Source: an uncultured bacterium (lineage in GTDB: Bacteria > Patescibacteriota > Minisyncoccia > UBA6257 > GWB1-50-10). Taken from it: a stretch of DNA of 64,000 nt. The notes under the pieces are model-generated. The model was not told the origin of the DNA and made no database searches. It saw only the letters and a program-made list of their open reading frames with translations. This document shows, piece after piece, positions 41,301-46,025 of this stretch (within the stretch, counting starts at the first letter, position 1; the number at the start of each line of letters is the position of its first letter). The position numbers were made by a program, and so were the translations under genes. Where the stretch lies: positions 459,082 to 523,081 of the forward strand of contig CAVYJB010000002.1 of assembly GCA_963768835.1 (NCBI GenBank). The letters run 5' to 3'.

Positions 41301-42644
41301 ACTGCGAACGTGAAGGTCCGCTGGACCGCGGGTGCGACAACCACCATCTTCAACGGCGTGAACTGGAACGGACAGGCGAGCACGACGCGCATCGCGTTTC
41401 GAAGTTCGGTCTCGGGCACGCCTTGGGGCCTTATCGTGGAATCAACCTCCTCTGTTTTCAACGTGGACACGAAAGATTCGAATGCTTGCGGCCAAGCTAC
41501 CTCCTCTGCCCCGAACACAGCGAACAGCGCGACGACCATTACGGCGGGCAACGGCACGAGCCTGGACAGCGGGGGGAACTACTGCTGGAGCTTCGCCTCC
41601 TCCACGCAGACCCAATCCATCACGCTCACCCTAGACACCAATACTTTAAATCTCCCGAGCCTGACGCCGGGGGCTCCGGTCAAGGCGACCACGACCGCGA
41701 CCGTTAGTATCACAAACACAGGTGGGAGCGGGTACACCCTCTTTTTCAATCGGATCGCCACGACCTCGACGCTCACAGCTTTGGGAAGTGGCGGCGCCTC
41801 CTCGTCGGGGCCCTTTAATACCGCGACCGTCGTGAACGATGTCACGACCGGCACGATTGCATGGACCAGTCCGGGGAATGCAACGACGAGCGATAACGTG
41901 GTGGCATCGTCCGGCGTCTTCGGCGTCGTGGAGTCGAACTATCTGAAAGCGACAAACTTCGGTTTCTCCATCCCCTCGACCGCCACGGTGACTGGCATCA
42001 AGGTAGAGGTGCGGCGGGAGGATTCGAACTTGAACGCCTATGATGCATCCGTTCGTATTGTGAAGGGCGGGACCATCCAGAACGCGGTTGACGAGGCGAG
42101 TTCGACCGTGTGGCCGGTGTCGATGGCTTACGCCACATACGGTTCCTCCACGGATCTTTGGGGTACCACGTGGGCGCCCTCCGACATCAACGCTTCGAAC
42201 TTCGGTTTCGTGTTGGCGTGCCGGGGGGTCAGCTTCGGGGACACCTGCTGGGTCGACCAGATCCGCATCACGGCTTATTACACGGTCCCCGGTTACACCG
42301 GTGTAGCCACCTTCCCCGACTACGCGGCCTGGGCACCGACCGGCACGACTTGTTCACCGGGAGAGGGGAATGGGACCACAACCCCCAACCGGGCCTTTTC
42401 CTTCCGCGTCCAACAATCCGGCACGAACTCCAATTACTGTACAAACTGGTGGGGAGCAAACGATACCCTAGGCACCGCCATCTACGCTGGTACTCCGACC
42501 TCAACCCAGACCATCATGAATTGTCCTACCTGCAATTCCGGTACCACCGTAACCTACATTCTCTATCAGGCGGACGCTCCGGCGACCCAACCGATCGCTA
42601 GTTATACGGGTCAGGTCACTATCACGGCGCTTGCGAACCCATAA
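29358..42644 (+). CDS. Giant (4428 aa) multidomain surface protein/adhesin with C-terminal WxL/pilin-like domain
   Basis: N-terminal TM/signal; Pro/Ser/Thr linkers; Ig-like domains; Gly-rich domain; 7-repeat propeller; two DUF2341+LamG-like modules; Kelch/Asp-box propeller; C-terminus homologous to 42799..43497. Confidence 0.9.
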   Translation: MTVPKPKTPRTRKPRVPKNPTVQPTPISDVLEGGRRTIYLRERFPRLVQLSRQRFAIPIFILAAALAIVGTYQALFVHADLTTLYPSSCLGGWRYPGNATGKPDIPLDIVPDLNQFTTANSAISDGGESPLFCGSFTGDTLDPAATITHVRLRFSLAAFFGLDAVKRGAAAAAAPAGNAPGDVPLLILDTRPSSTEPSALPEEGSSTPTEESFSTSSTGSTASPQVPSASSGQADSTDTSPTATDTPPTPSAPPVLPPPSDASGTLPSAALRTLAELFFPHAAAQEASASTPSTNPPQADSTSSPEADSIPSIDSGQANPPQAASAPNDETSTSPVLVSPPLPSVPSSTPPTSSTSSGEAPSGSAPPLELSASSTNATGTQNSELVPTSTSSSSPEESPAPSPEPPAPAPADTTSTAFLVVSYTLDGQTWQPLGYVTPDNWQQANFDVPVTSTDDISKLQVSVESVLTADQPPVVYLDGMALEVSYGPPPAPKSLTPEDINKLSRVQVDANKLFRAARHDFRAGETPSFEIDIPSSTDALLSSPSSSVSTSTLDAPGEETVPGASTTPSEGDIPSSSPASGFLDSLRKLAGIPDAAAQTSSSSIQRVEVLDIFNNPVDVQPQVVQNGNQIVINFPAPPRAFRPGRYQLDVEVLVGDTVYASEQDFTWGILALNLDRSIFTPGQTAYLQMAALSDEGDTLCNANLSLSITDPGGTVTHVPVQPGASCGPNNVTDVPDYTAHYSVGNTTGVYTITLENQDTGHTITDTFQVQNSVPFDVERIGATRINPFMSDYRMRFRVTANQGFDGTVQEQLPQGFAVIDPGGGDVAAGDAATILGWEVHLAAGQSIELSYVYRAPRVSPQFYLLGPAQFIHQAGVLDKIVGFLFSNLTGSQPPVVFQEARQWQLAADASNPATIRQEINILDHTFTAGTVATSSMEIVNLNPTQYATGTNTFYFEIVASTTGVVATATLQEAGGLIDATTTIPATATSSTLIRTAFTPNAATTNYIVGLQGLSSGSAYLQAARIVVKEAATNFTNTETQIEIGNYETGKTNTATSSLSKPKYWLYTSSSWDGTKTFYAEVTYQTSASVTTSSIASSSLYTAAGNFTWTAPTNIYGTTTMEAWGAGGGGGGVNTSNEGGGGGGGGAYARVNSSTTPAGTPLAVTVGAAGGAGASSGGTGGVGSTSTIATSTVVAQGGNGGVGNDGAGGTGTTTQSVGDVKFAGGTGSAGASASYSGGGGGGAGSTGAGGSVTATTTAGLGTTVGGGNGGAGRLSSSAGVGNNGNQAGGGGSGGYRGSSTNRAGGSGGPGEAKLTYSLLVTTTTFATTTVSLQEDNGAFGGWTDKLIILAAGVNTTSTRVRAGPFTPTDGRHYRLAFTNATTTRAFNIYNAKIIVDQAGNPTMLEPQYLLANTALGTGTSLQGFQTKWDSTEWSNVSNVYLHEVEATSSATSTIELDTTGGSQVAGSSIANPSNLATSTLTMPASQNFDVKATANYGGIYADRILVDVSSILPVFEQTAYRWYQNANIANLLFGVGGATSSNPSAGDDEANGIALNAASGTMYVAGYDNASGTEWRIEARNLSNGSLIYATNSIPTLNSPEANAIAINAASGTMYVVGSANPVLGNLQWRIEARNLSDGSLIYATTSNLAVGTNIATAIALNAASGTMYVAGYDNSLGGGDLEWRIEARNLSDGSLIYATTSNPTVNTNEATAIALNAASGTMYVAGYDSPSVSEWRIEARNLSNGSLIYATTTAPTAGGDQATSIALNTASGTMYVAGSENSTGKWRIEARNLSDGSLVYRQSLSLTTSDKAKTIALNTALGTMYVAGYDNFAADTEWHIEARNLSDGSQVYGTSSNPTAGLDEANGIALNAASGKMYVAGYDSGGGTEWRIEARNLSDGTLLSTITSLVPGTPLAAQNTSTTLGTVTASSTFRLRLLLKDSVATSTNSKFNLQVASTTVGNCPGNYTGLTYTNVPTSTGYITYNTNSNITYGTVIATSTNDPTNGGDTVIPETYNDQNPFSVASAIGLGQDGEWDFSLVSSSSMPTSTAFCFRAVNTSGQLLTTTTATQIPEIDTPNISAGSTISGYLYSDEGVTLTTSTVKIAVNGSTQFSSTTIASWYNPSWLYRKLITITGSLVSGTQTGFPVLVNTTDPNWAYTGNGGHMGSSTGYDALFTAADGVTKLNHEVESYNATSGQLVAWVQIPQLTASTTFYIYYGNAGASNQQNATSTWDVNYAGVWHMNEVGAATTTVPDSTGNRNTGTKLSASQPFATSGPIAGALAFDGSAAKITTPFTATTTSFTLSGWVYSTSTATTGTVNNAMAGSVNSSRGFAFWPEWGNPAPPQQDNLIVYGSSGTVSLQTSDNFNRGGWFYFVATYASPNATVYKNGAFLNSQSVAVGTTTNVGFDIGDRGDGAHFWPGDIAEVRLSTIARSAAWILTEYNNQSAPGVFYTVGPELASGEYSFTLGSSLNTGDVITVWMGNGISARTGATVTRWSNSLSTLSGLNIYQQHLIARHEDTGPLTDANILLCSKTAGSACSDPDLHFAAGTNPSDLTVDPDWGLYLWGGKTFSPNGTVTLSAGTTSSTYGGTLKWGSSSTMLAASTSTLSIGGSWLNAVDGLFFSSSGQVTFFTGSSSPVYSVDSTGNSFQNIVFGSSTPATSTAWYSASWLHRKLINITGSLVSGTQTNFPVLVSTVDPNLAYTGNGGHVGTSTGNDILFTAADGVTKLNHEIESYTSSTGALVAWVQVPQLTSTTSLYIYYGNAGASNQQNATSTWDPTFLGVWHLGDSASSATSIDSTGNGYSAKKQAVNNPAAISTGTIDGASSFNGSTSFASTSKPLNLNSTTTISAWVKRYTTGAIQLYFTKTDAHAGNSDYAVGFEGPGANVDKFQFWDSNLNPGTLYAARTITDTNWHQLVVVTDFHWYASFYVDGAFVNTGTYDGNNSQTIHSYPTHIGDAFGNAPDLYWMNGAVDELRVASSPRSAAWILTEFNNESSPGTFLTVKPEDSYPGGVWNITSDLNASGNLAVVTGTVVGSANVLIAGGNATSSGGTLSFAGGTFTLAHPGFYGGLQPWSLYNFIASSGASGITTTTGTGTTTVTGAFTIWPGSGFNAATSTFVLTAISGAPFVPQGTFLPATSTVLFTGDGNITIASTTYYNLTLSPTLTASRAYSLGGPGIIQFIQATSTVTTTTAASVTFPSPVGAGDTIIGSMIEPSGSTVQVGDTRGNSYTIAVGSFPDPLGDLIYMFYAPNVAGGPTTVIATSSLASPAFNELNITEYSGLNTVSSLDAISTGTSVGGGVNPTTATTTITSAKELIWAYGPDLGSGLSAGASFTPRLVTQGDTVEDKIVSTAGSYSAYMIATTTSNWAIVMGTFKTGPGSGIPGATTINNNFLINPTSSSALNLDVTLASTTTVLGGTTVMSGGSSTSTLDTTPSNSSLTTGNLTIQAGDGMNANGSNVTLTGINSPLVNNGLLSVGTSTFIYTGAGATVVNASTTYWNLTLQPVSSGAAFGYQMATGTPLTVSSTLNVNGSGDEGANWTQATSSAAWAGRKSEPALVYHGKLWLLGGQLSGPVATSSVWSSSDGVNWTFMGYAPWTARYSAAGLVYKDKMWIMGGTDQSAARKNDVWWSTDGVNWTQATSSATWAAREAPRAVVFKGYMWIVGGYIGSVTHDVYYSSSGIAWATATSSANWSIRYYNALVVKDGKMWVYGGYGGVDDCASGSRNDVWWSSDGVNWTQATASAPWACRWQLSYGVYDNKLWVVGGYDSSAGYRTDAWYSPDGVNWTMATSGTATKTNDTPLLAFQNRLWRIGGENGSYLNNVWYTPSSTLTVTLGATTTVASTTNVNAGILDATSLNYPLTTMNLAVGPGGTLTGRGSALLATGDVSINGYGRDNGGILQSTTNTLTIQGNYTQTGTFASGTTGTVLFNGSAQQVLAGEMTGGNAFGLLTFANNSGGDPSSTPSLIVSSSLDAATSTITTANVKVRWTAGATTTIFNGVNWNGQASTTRIAFRSSVSGTPWGLIVESTSSVFNVDTKDSNACGQATSSAPNTANSATTITAGNGTSLDSGGNYCWSFASSTQTQSITLTLDTNTLNLPSLTPGAPVKATTTATVSITNTGGSGYTLFFNRIATTSTLTALGSGGASSSGPFNTATVVNDVTTGTIAWTSPGNATTSDNVVASSGVFGVVESNYLKATNFGFSIPSTATVTGIKVEVRREDSNLNAYDASVRIVKGGTIQNAVDEASSTVWPVSMAYATYGSSTDLWGTTWAPSDINASNFGFVLACRGVSFGDTCWVDQIRITAYYTVPGYTGVATFPDYAAWAPTGTTCSPGEGNGTTTPNRAFSFRVQQSGTNSNYCTNWWGANDTLGTAIYAGTPTSTQTIMNCPTCNSGTTVTYILYQADAPATQPIASYTGQVTITALANP
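30014..30430 (+). repeat. Cluster of degenerate short repeats (TTCGACAAGCTCA-type; CCGC-AA-GCGG hairpin) in-frame in a linker
   Basis: ccttcggcaagctcaggacaagc (30036), ttcaacaagctcacc (30257), ccttcgatagattcaggacaagc (30288), cctcgacaagctcagg (30415), atccaccgcaagcggat (30241). Confidence 0.55.
33985..35065 (+). repeat. Seven ~52-aa tandem repeats (predicted 7-bladed beta-propeller)
   Basis: Seven copies of IA(L/I)N(A/T)A(S/L)G(T/K)MYV(A/V)G...W(R/H)IEARNLS(D/N)G, near-identical DNA in the conserved parts. Confidence 0.92.
35711..38345 (+). repeat. Duplicated DUF2341-like + LamG/ConA-like module (copies start ~35711 and ~37349)
   Basis: WY..SWL.RKLI.ITGSLVSGTQT.FPVLV...LFTAADGVTKLNHE.ESY...YIYYGNAGASNQQNATSTWD...GVWH and RSAAWILTE(Y/F)NN occur twice. 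Confidence 0.9.
39976..40835 (+). repeat. Kelch/Asp-box-like repeats (second predicted beta-propeller)
   Basis: Repeated K(L/M)W..GG....NDVW.SSDGVNWTQAT.SA.W..R units. Confidence 0.85.
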
Positions 42645-42675
42645 TGATGCTCTGGAGACTACCATCTCCCAATCC

Positions 42676-42718
42676 TGTGGATAATTTAGCATTCAGAACG
42701 ACTTTGGTATGGTATACT
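42676..42718 (+). promoter_or_regulatory. DnaA box plus extended -10 upstream of the small subunit gene
   Basis: TGTGGATAA (perfect reverse DnaA box) 42676-42684; TGG-TATACT 42710-42718. Confidence 0.6.
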
Positions 42719-42798
42719 TATCCAGTAGCGAGGCATTTCCTCTCCAATCACCAAAATTCAAGAAAAGAAAAGGTCGGAACGACAGTTTGTATGAAAAA

Positions 42799-43497
42799 AT
42801 GAGGAATCACATTAATTTAGAGACCGTTATAGGAGGGATTGCGGTTGTAGGCATGGCCGCGTTTATGTTCAGTGGAGTAGCGGGGTCGTTCTGGTCCGTT
42901 TTGGACATCCAGCACGCTTTTGCCGGCACTTCCACTTCGACCAACCAGACCATTAACCTGACCGTGAACCAGGTTATCACGCTTTTTCTTTCCACAACGA
43001 CGCTCACGCTGCCATCCCTCACGCCTGGCATCCCGGTTTCAGGGAATGCATCGGCAACCGTCACGACAAATGCCGACCAGGGTTTCCAGCTTCTCTTCAA
43101 TCGCGTGAATAACCCGACCTCGACCCTAACCTACGGCGCCACCTCGACCTTCCCGGATGCGACGAACACCTGGAACCCGACGTTGTTCGGTGGTGTTGGT
43201 AACGCAACAGACACGACCCGCACAGTGGTTCAGTCGGACCTTTCTTTCCGCGTGGCATCCTCTGGAACCACCGGTTCGCTCCTGAACACTTCGTACTGGG
43301 GTTCGGTTGACACGGACGGTGTTGGGCAGGCGGAGTATGCAGGTTTCCCGACCACAAGTCAGGTCGTTGCTTCGACAAGTACTTATACCGGTGTCTCGCA
43401 GATCATCACCTATAAGGTACGTGCGGACGCTCCGCTGACGCAACGATCCGGTACTTATTCCGGTCAGATTACCATCACAGCGACGGCGCAGCCATAG
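42799..43497 (+). CDS. Secreted WxL/pilin-like subunit (putative major fibre subunit)
   Basis: Signal peptide ending AFA; mature GTSTSTNQTINLTVNQVITL...; C-terminal QRSGTYSGQITITATAQP; homologous to the giant protein C-terminus and to 48226..48896. Confidence 0.75.
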   Translation: MRNHINLETVIGGIAVVGMAAFMFSGVAGSFWSVLDIQHAFAGTSTSTNQTINLTVNQVITLFLSTTTLTLPSLTPGIPVSGNASATVTTNADQGFQLLFNRVNNPTSTLTYGATSTFPDATNTWNPTLFGGVGNATDTTRTVVQSDLSFRVASSGTTGSLLNTSYWGSVDTDGVGQAEYAGFPTTSQVVASTSTYTGVSQIITYKVRADAPLTQRSGTYSGQITITATAQP

Positions 43498-43504
43498 TTT
43501 TACC

Positions 43505-43627
43505 CCGCTGGGGTTTCTTCTTGGGAAGAGCCTGTGACTCTCTCGACCTCAGCGGGTGCGTCGCCAACCGCTCGTGTAGTTCTCTGTCCCGTTTCTTTGG
43601 TAGATTGACAGAGAGCAAGAGTGGGGC
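43505..43627 (+). other. Structured intergenic RNA element (two long stems)
   Basis: cccgctgggg/cctcagcggg; tctctgtc/gacagaga flanked by ccgctc/gagtgg. Confidence 0.5.
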
Positions 43628-43685
43628 CACAATTTCTCCTGAAGGAGTTCTCCTGCCTGAGGGGAGCGATGCTACCATAAATGTA

Positions 43686-44591
43686 ATGAAGAGGAAAGTA
43701 TTCAGCCTTTCGGTTCTTGTTCTGTCAGTCGTGTTCGGTATGTTGCTTTTTCCATCCGCAGGTTTTGCGCAGGTGGGTATTTCTTTGTTCCCGATTAAGT
43801 TTCGCGTGACGATAAACCCGGGCGATACGTACTCCGACACGGTCACGGTCATGAACCCGAACAGCTTTCCAATTGGTGTCCAGCCAGAGATCGAGAACAT
43901 CGGTGGGGGCGATGAGGGCGCCATTACGCTCATTGCGGGCGATGCGCCCTACGGCCTCATGTCATGGATCCAGATGACCAAGGACCCGTTCACCCTAGCG
44001 CCGAACGAGCGACGCCAGGTACCTTTTAGCATCGTGATTCCCAAAGATGGTGAACCCGGTGGTCACTACGGAGCTATCCTTTTCCGAGCCATCCAACCCA
44101 CGAATGGCACTTCCACTCAAAGTGGTGTAGGAGTCTCGGGACGCGTCGGGAGTGTCATCTTGGTAGAGGTTCCTGGAGCGACCCAAAAGACCGGAGAACT
44201 CTACAATTTTACGGGCCCGTCTTATATGTCTCACGGACCCGTCACGTTCACTTTTCATGTAAAAGACACAGGAAACACTCACTTTGATCCCACTGGTGCG
44301 GTGACAGTGAGCGGATGGTTCATGGCGGACGCGGTGCTTCCTTTTGAGTCGCGCGTCGTCTTCCCGGGGTACTCGCGGACTTTCACGGCCACATGGCCGT
44401 CCCGCTATGCTTTTGGCCCGCTCACAGCAAAGGTGGAGGTACAAATGCCGGATGGAGGTACACAGGTAGCTACCCTGTCCTTCTTCGCGTTTCCATGGCA
44501 GGAAGGCCTTATCGTAGTGGTGGGCCTTTCCGCTCTGTGGTTTGTGGCTCGCTTTTTCAAACGAAAGTTCAAGATCGTGAAGGTTTCCTAG
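43686..44591 (+). CDS. DUF916/WxL-interacting-like (PapD-like Ig) membrane-anchored protein
   Basis: Signal peptide; INPGDTYSDTVTVMN...WI...FTLAPNERRQVPFSIVIPKDGEPGGHYGAILF...RVGSVILVEV; second domain DTGNTHFDPTG; C-terminal TM and basic tail. Confidence 0.7.
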   Translation: MKRKVFSLSVLVLSVVFGMLLFPSAGFAQVGISLFPIKFRVTINPGDTYSDTVTVMNPNSFPIGVQPEIENIGGGDEGAITLIAGDAPYGLMSWIQMTKDPFTLAPNERRQVPFSIVIPKDGEPGGHYGAILFRAIQPTNGTSTQSGVGVSGRVGSVILVEVPGATQKTGELYNFTGPSYMSHGPVTFTFHVKDTGNTHFDPTGAVTVSGWFMADAVLPFESRVVFPGYSRTFTATWPSRYAFGPLTAKVEVQMPDGGTQVATLSFFAFPWQEGLIVVVGLSALWFVARFFKRKFKIVKVS

Positions 44592-44605
44592 TGCCCTACG
44601 TATGA

Positions 44606-45097
44606 ATGCGTATCTTGCACCCTTTTGCTCGTTCTTTTCTCGCATTTTTTTCTGCGCTCGTTCTTTCGATTGAGTTCCCCGCGCTGCCGATAGCCCGTGC
44701 GCAGATTTTGACGACTTCGAGTTCGCAGACCGTGACTGTTGAGGTCTGCCCCTGCGAGATTCCTCCACCTCCTCCACCGCCCCCCCCACCGCCTCCCAGT
44801 GGAGGCGGTGGGGGTGTTTTCGGCGGCACTCTTCTGTCACCGCTTCCCCCCGCGCCGGCGCGCCCTATACCCTCGAAGCGCATTCTCCGGTCGGTGGATT
44901 TCAACCACGATGGCAAGGTGGACATTATCGACCTCTCCATCCTTCTCTACTACTACAACCGTTTTAGGCCAGGGGTCGACCGTGCGGATGTTGATATCAA
45001 CGGTGATGGGGTCGTGGATCTAACCGATGTCTCTATCTTTCTCTATTATTGGGGCGGCTCCGGCGTCATCGAGGTGGCGAGTGGAACAGGAAATTGA
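44606..45097 (+). CDS. Secreted dockerin-domain protein with short N-terminal strand and 12-Pro linker
   Basis: Signal ending ARA; QILTTSSSQTVTVEV; P12-S-G5; two Ca-binding dockerin repeats DFNHDGKVDIIDLSILL and DINGDGVVDLTDVSIFL. Confidence 0.85.
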   Translation: MRILHPFARSFLAFFSALVLSIEFPALPIARAQILTTSSSQTVTVEVCPCEIPPPPPPPPPPPPSGGGGGVFGGTLLSPLPPAPARPIPSKRILRSVDFNHDGKVDIIDLSILLYYYNRFRPGVDRADVDINGDGVVDLTDVSIFLYYWGGSGVIEVASGTGN

Positions 45098-45099
45098 CC

Positions 45100-46020
45100 A
45101 TGAGAAAGTTTTTTCCAATATTTATTGGATCCCTCGCGCTCCTTTGTGCGCCCGCTCTCGCGTCTGCGCGAGTAAGTTTCTCGTTCGAAGGATACACGCC
45201 GCCGGGACTTTCCGCCGCGGATTTTGGCGTTCGCATCCTCGTGGATTCAGATGAACCCGTAAATGCCTTTGATCTTATCGTGTCCTACCCAGTGGGGCTT
45301 GCAAAGCTTACCGGTATCGATACCAGCCGCTCCATTGCGGATCTCTGGCAGAGCTCTCTCACACCACCCGATGGGAACCAAGTCCCGCTCGTGGGCGCGG
45401 CTACCAAGCCGTTCATCGGGACCCACGGGGAGTTCGCGACCCTTATCTTTAATGGTCTGCGGGTTGGCTCAAGCACGCTCCATTTTGTCCAGGCGGATGT
45501 CTATCGTGCGGACGGAAAGGGGACGCTGGCCGAGGTGGAGACACAGGATCAGAGCCTTGCGCTCTACGCCGTGCAGGTGGAAACAACCTCCACAGAATCC
45601 GTGAGCGAGGCAAGCGGTGTAGGCCAGGTGCAAAATGGACCCACACCCGCAGGAGCGGGCCCCACTATCGGCGACCTTCGCATTGTGGACAACTCCTTCG
45701 CACCCGGAGAAAAACTTCTCATCTTTACGGTGGGAGAAACTAATGGCGTTCTCCGCCGTACAGCGGTCCGCACCCGTTCTTGGCTTTTTTGGAGCGCTTG
45801 GCAAGAGGCGCGGAACCCCTTTCCTGTTCCATCTGGCGCTTGGGCAGTGGATTTCGCCGCTGTCGACAGCCTTGGGAACGTAGCTGAGCGCGTGTTGTAT
45901 CGTTCCGACATTATATTGGAGAAGGGAGGCCTCGTCCTCGCGGTTATCATTCTCCTTTTGCTCGCTCGATACTATTTTGTGCGGAGGAGAAGAAAGCGCG
46001 CGCTCCAAAGTGTACAATAA
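45100..46020 (+). CDS. Membrane-anchored cohesin-like domain protein
   Basis: Signal ending ASA; VDSDEPVNAFDLIVSYP...IDTSRSIADLW...ATLIF...VYRADGKGT cohesin-like pattern; C-terminal TM and RRRRKR. Confidence 0.7.
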   Translation: MRKFFPIFIGSLALLCAPALASARVSFSFEGYTPPGLSAADFGVRILVDSDEPVNAFDLIVSYPVGLAKLTGIDTSRSIADLWQSSLTPPDGNQVPLVGAATKPFIGTHGEFATLIFNGLRVGSSTLHFVQADVYRADGKGTLAEVETQDQSLALYAVQVETTSTESVSEASGVGQVQNGPTPAGAGPTIGDLRIVDNSFAPGEKLLIFTVGETNGVLRRTAVRTRSWLFWSAWQEARNPFPVPSGAWAVDFAAVDSLGNVAERVLYRSDIILEKGGLVLAVIILLLLARYYFVRRRRKRALQSVQ

Positions 46021-46025
46021 GAAGC

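Noticed and set aside
42799-43497. Type IV pilin or sortase-dependent pilin
   Set aside because: No class III G|FTLxE prepilin motif, no LPxTG or YPK motif; signal peptides end in SPase I-type AxA/VxA sites.
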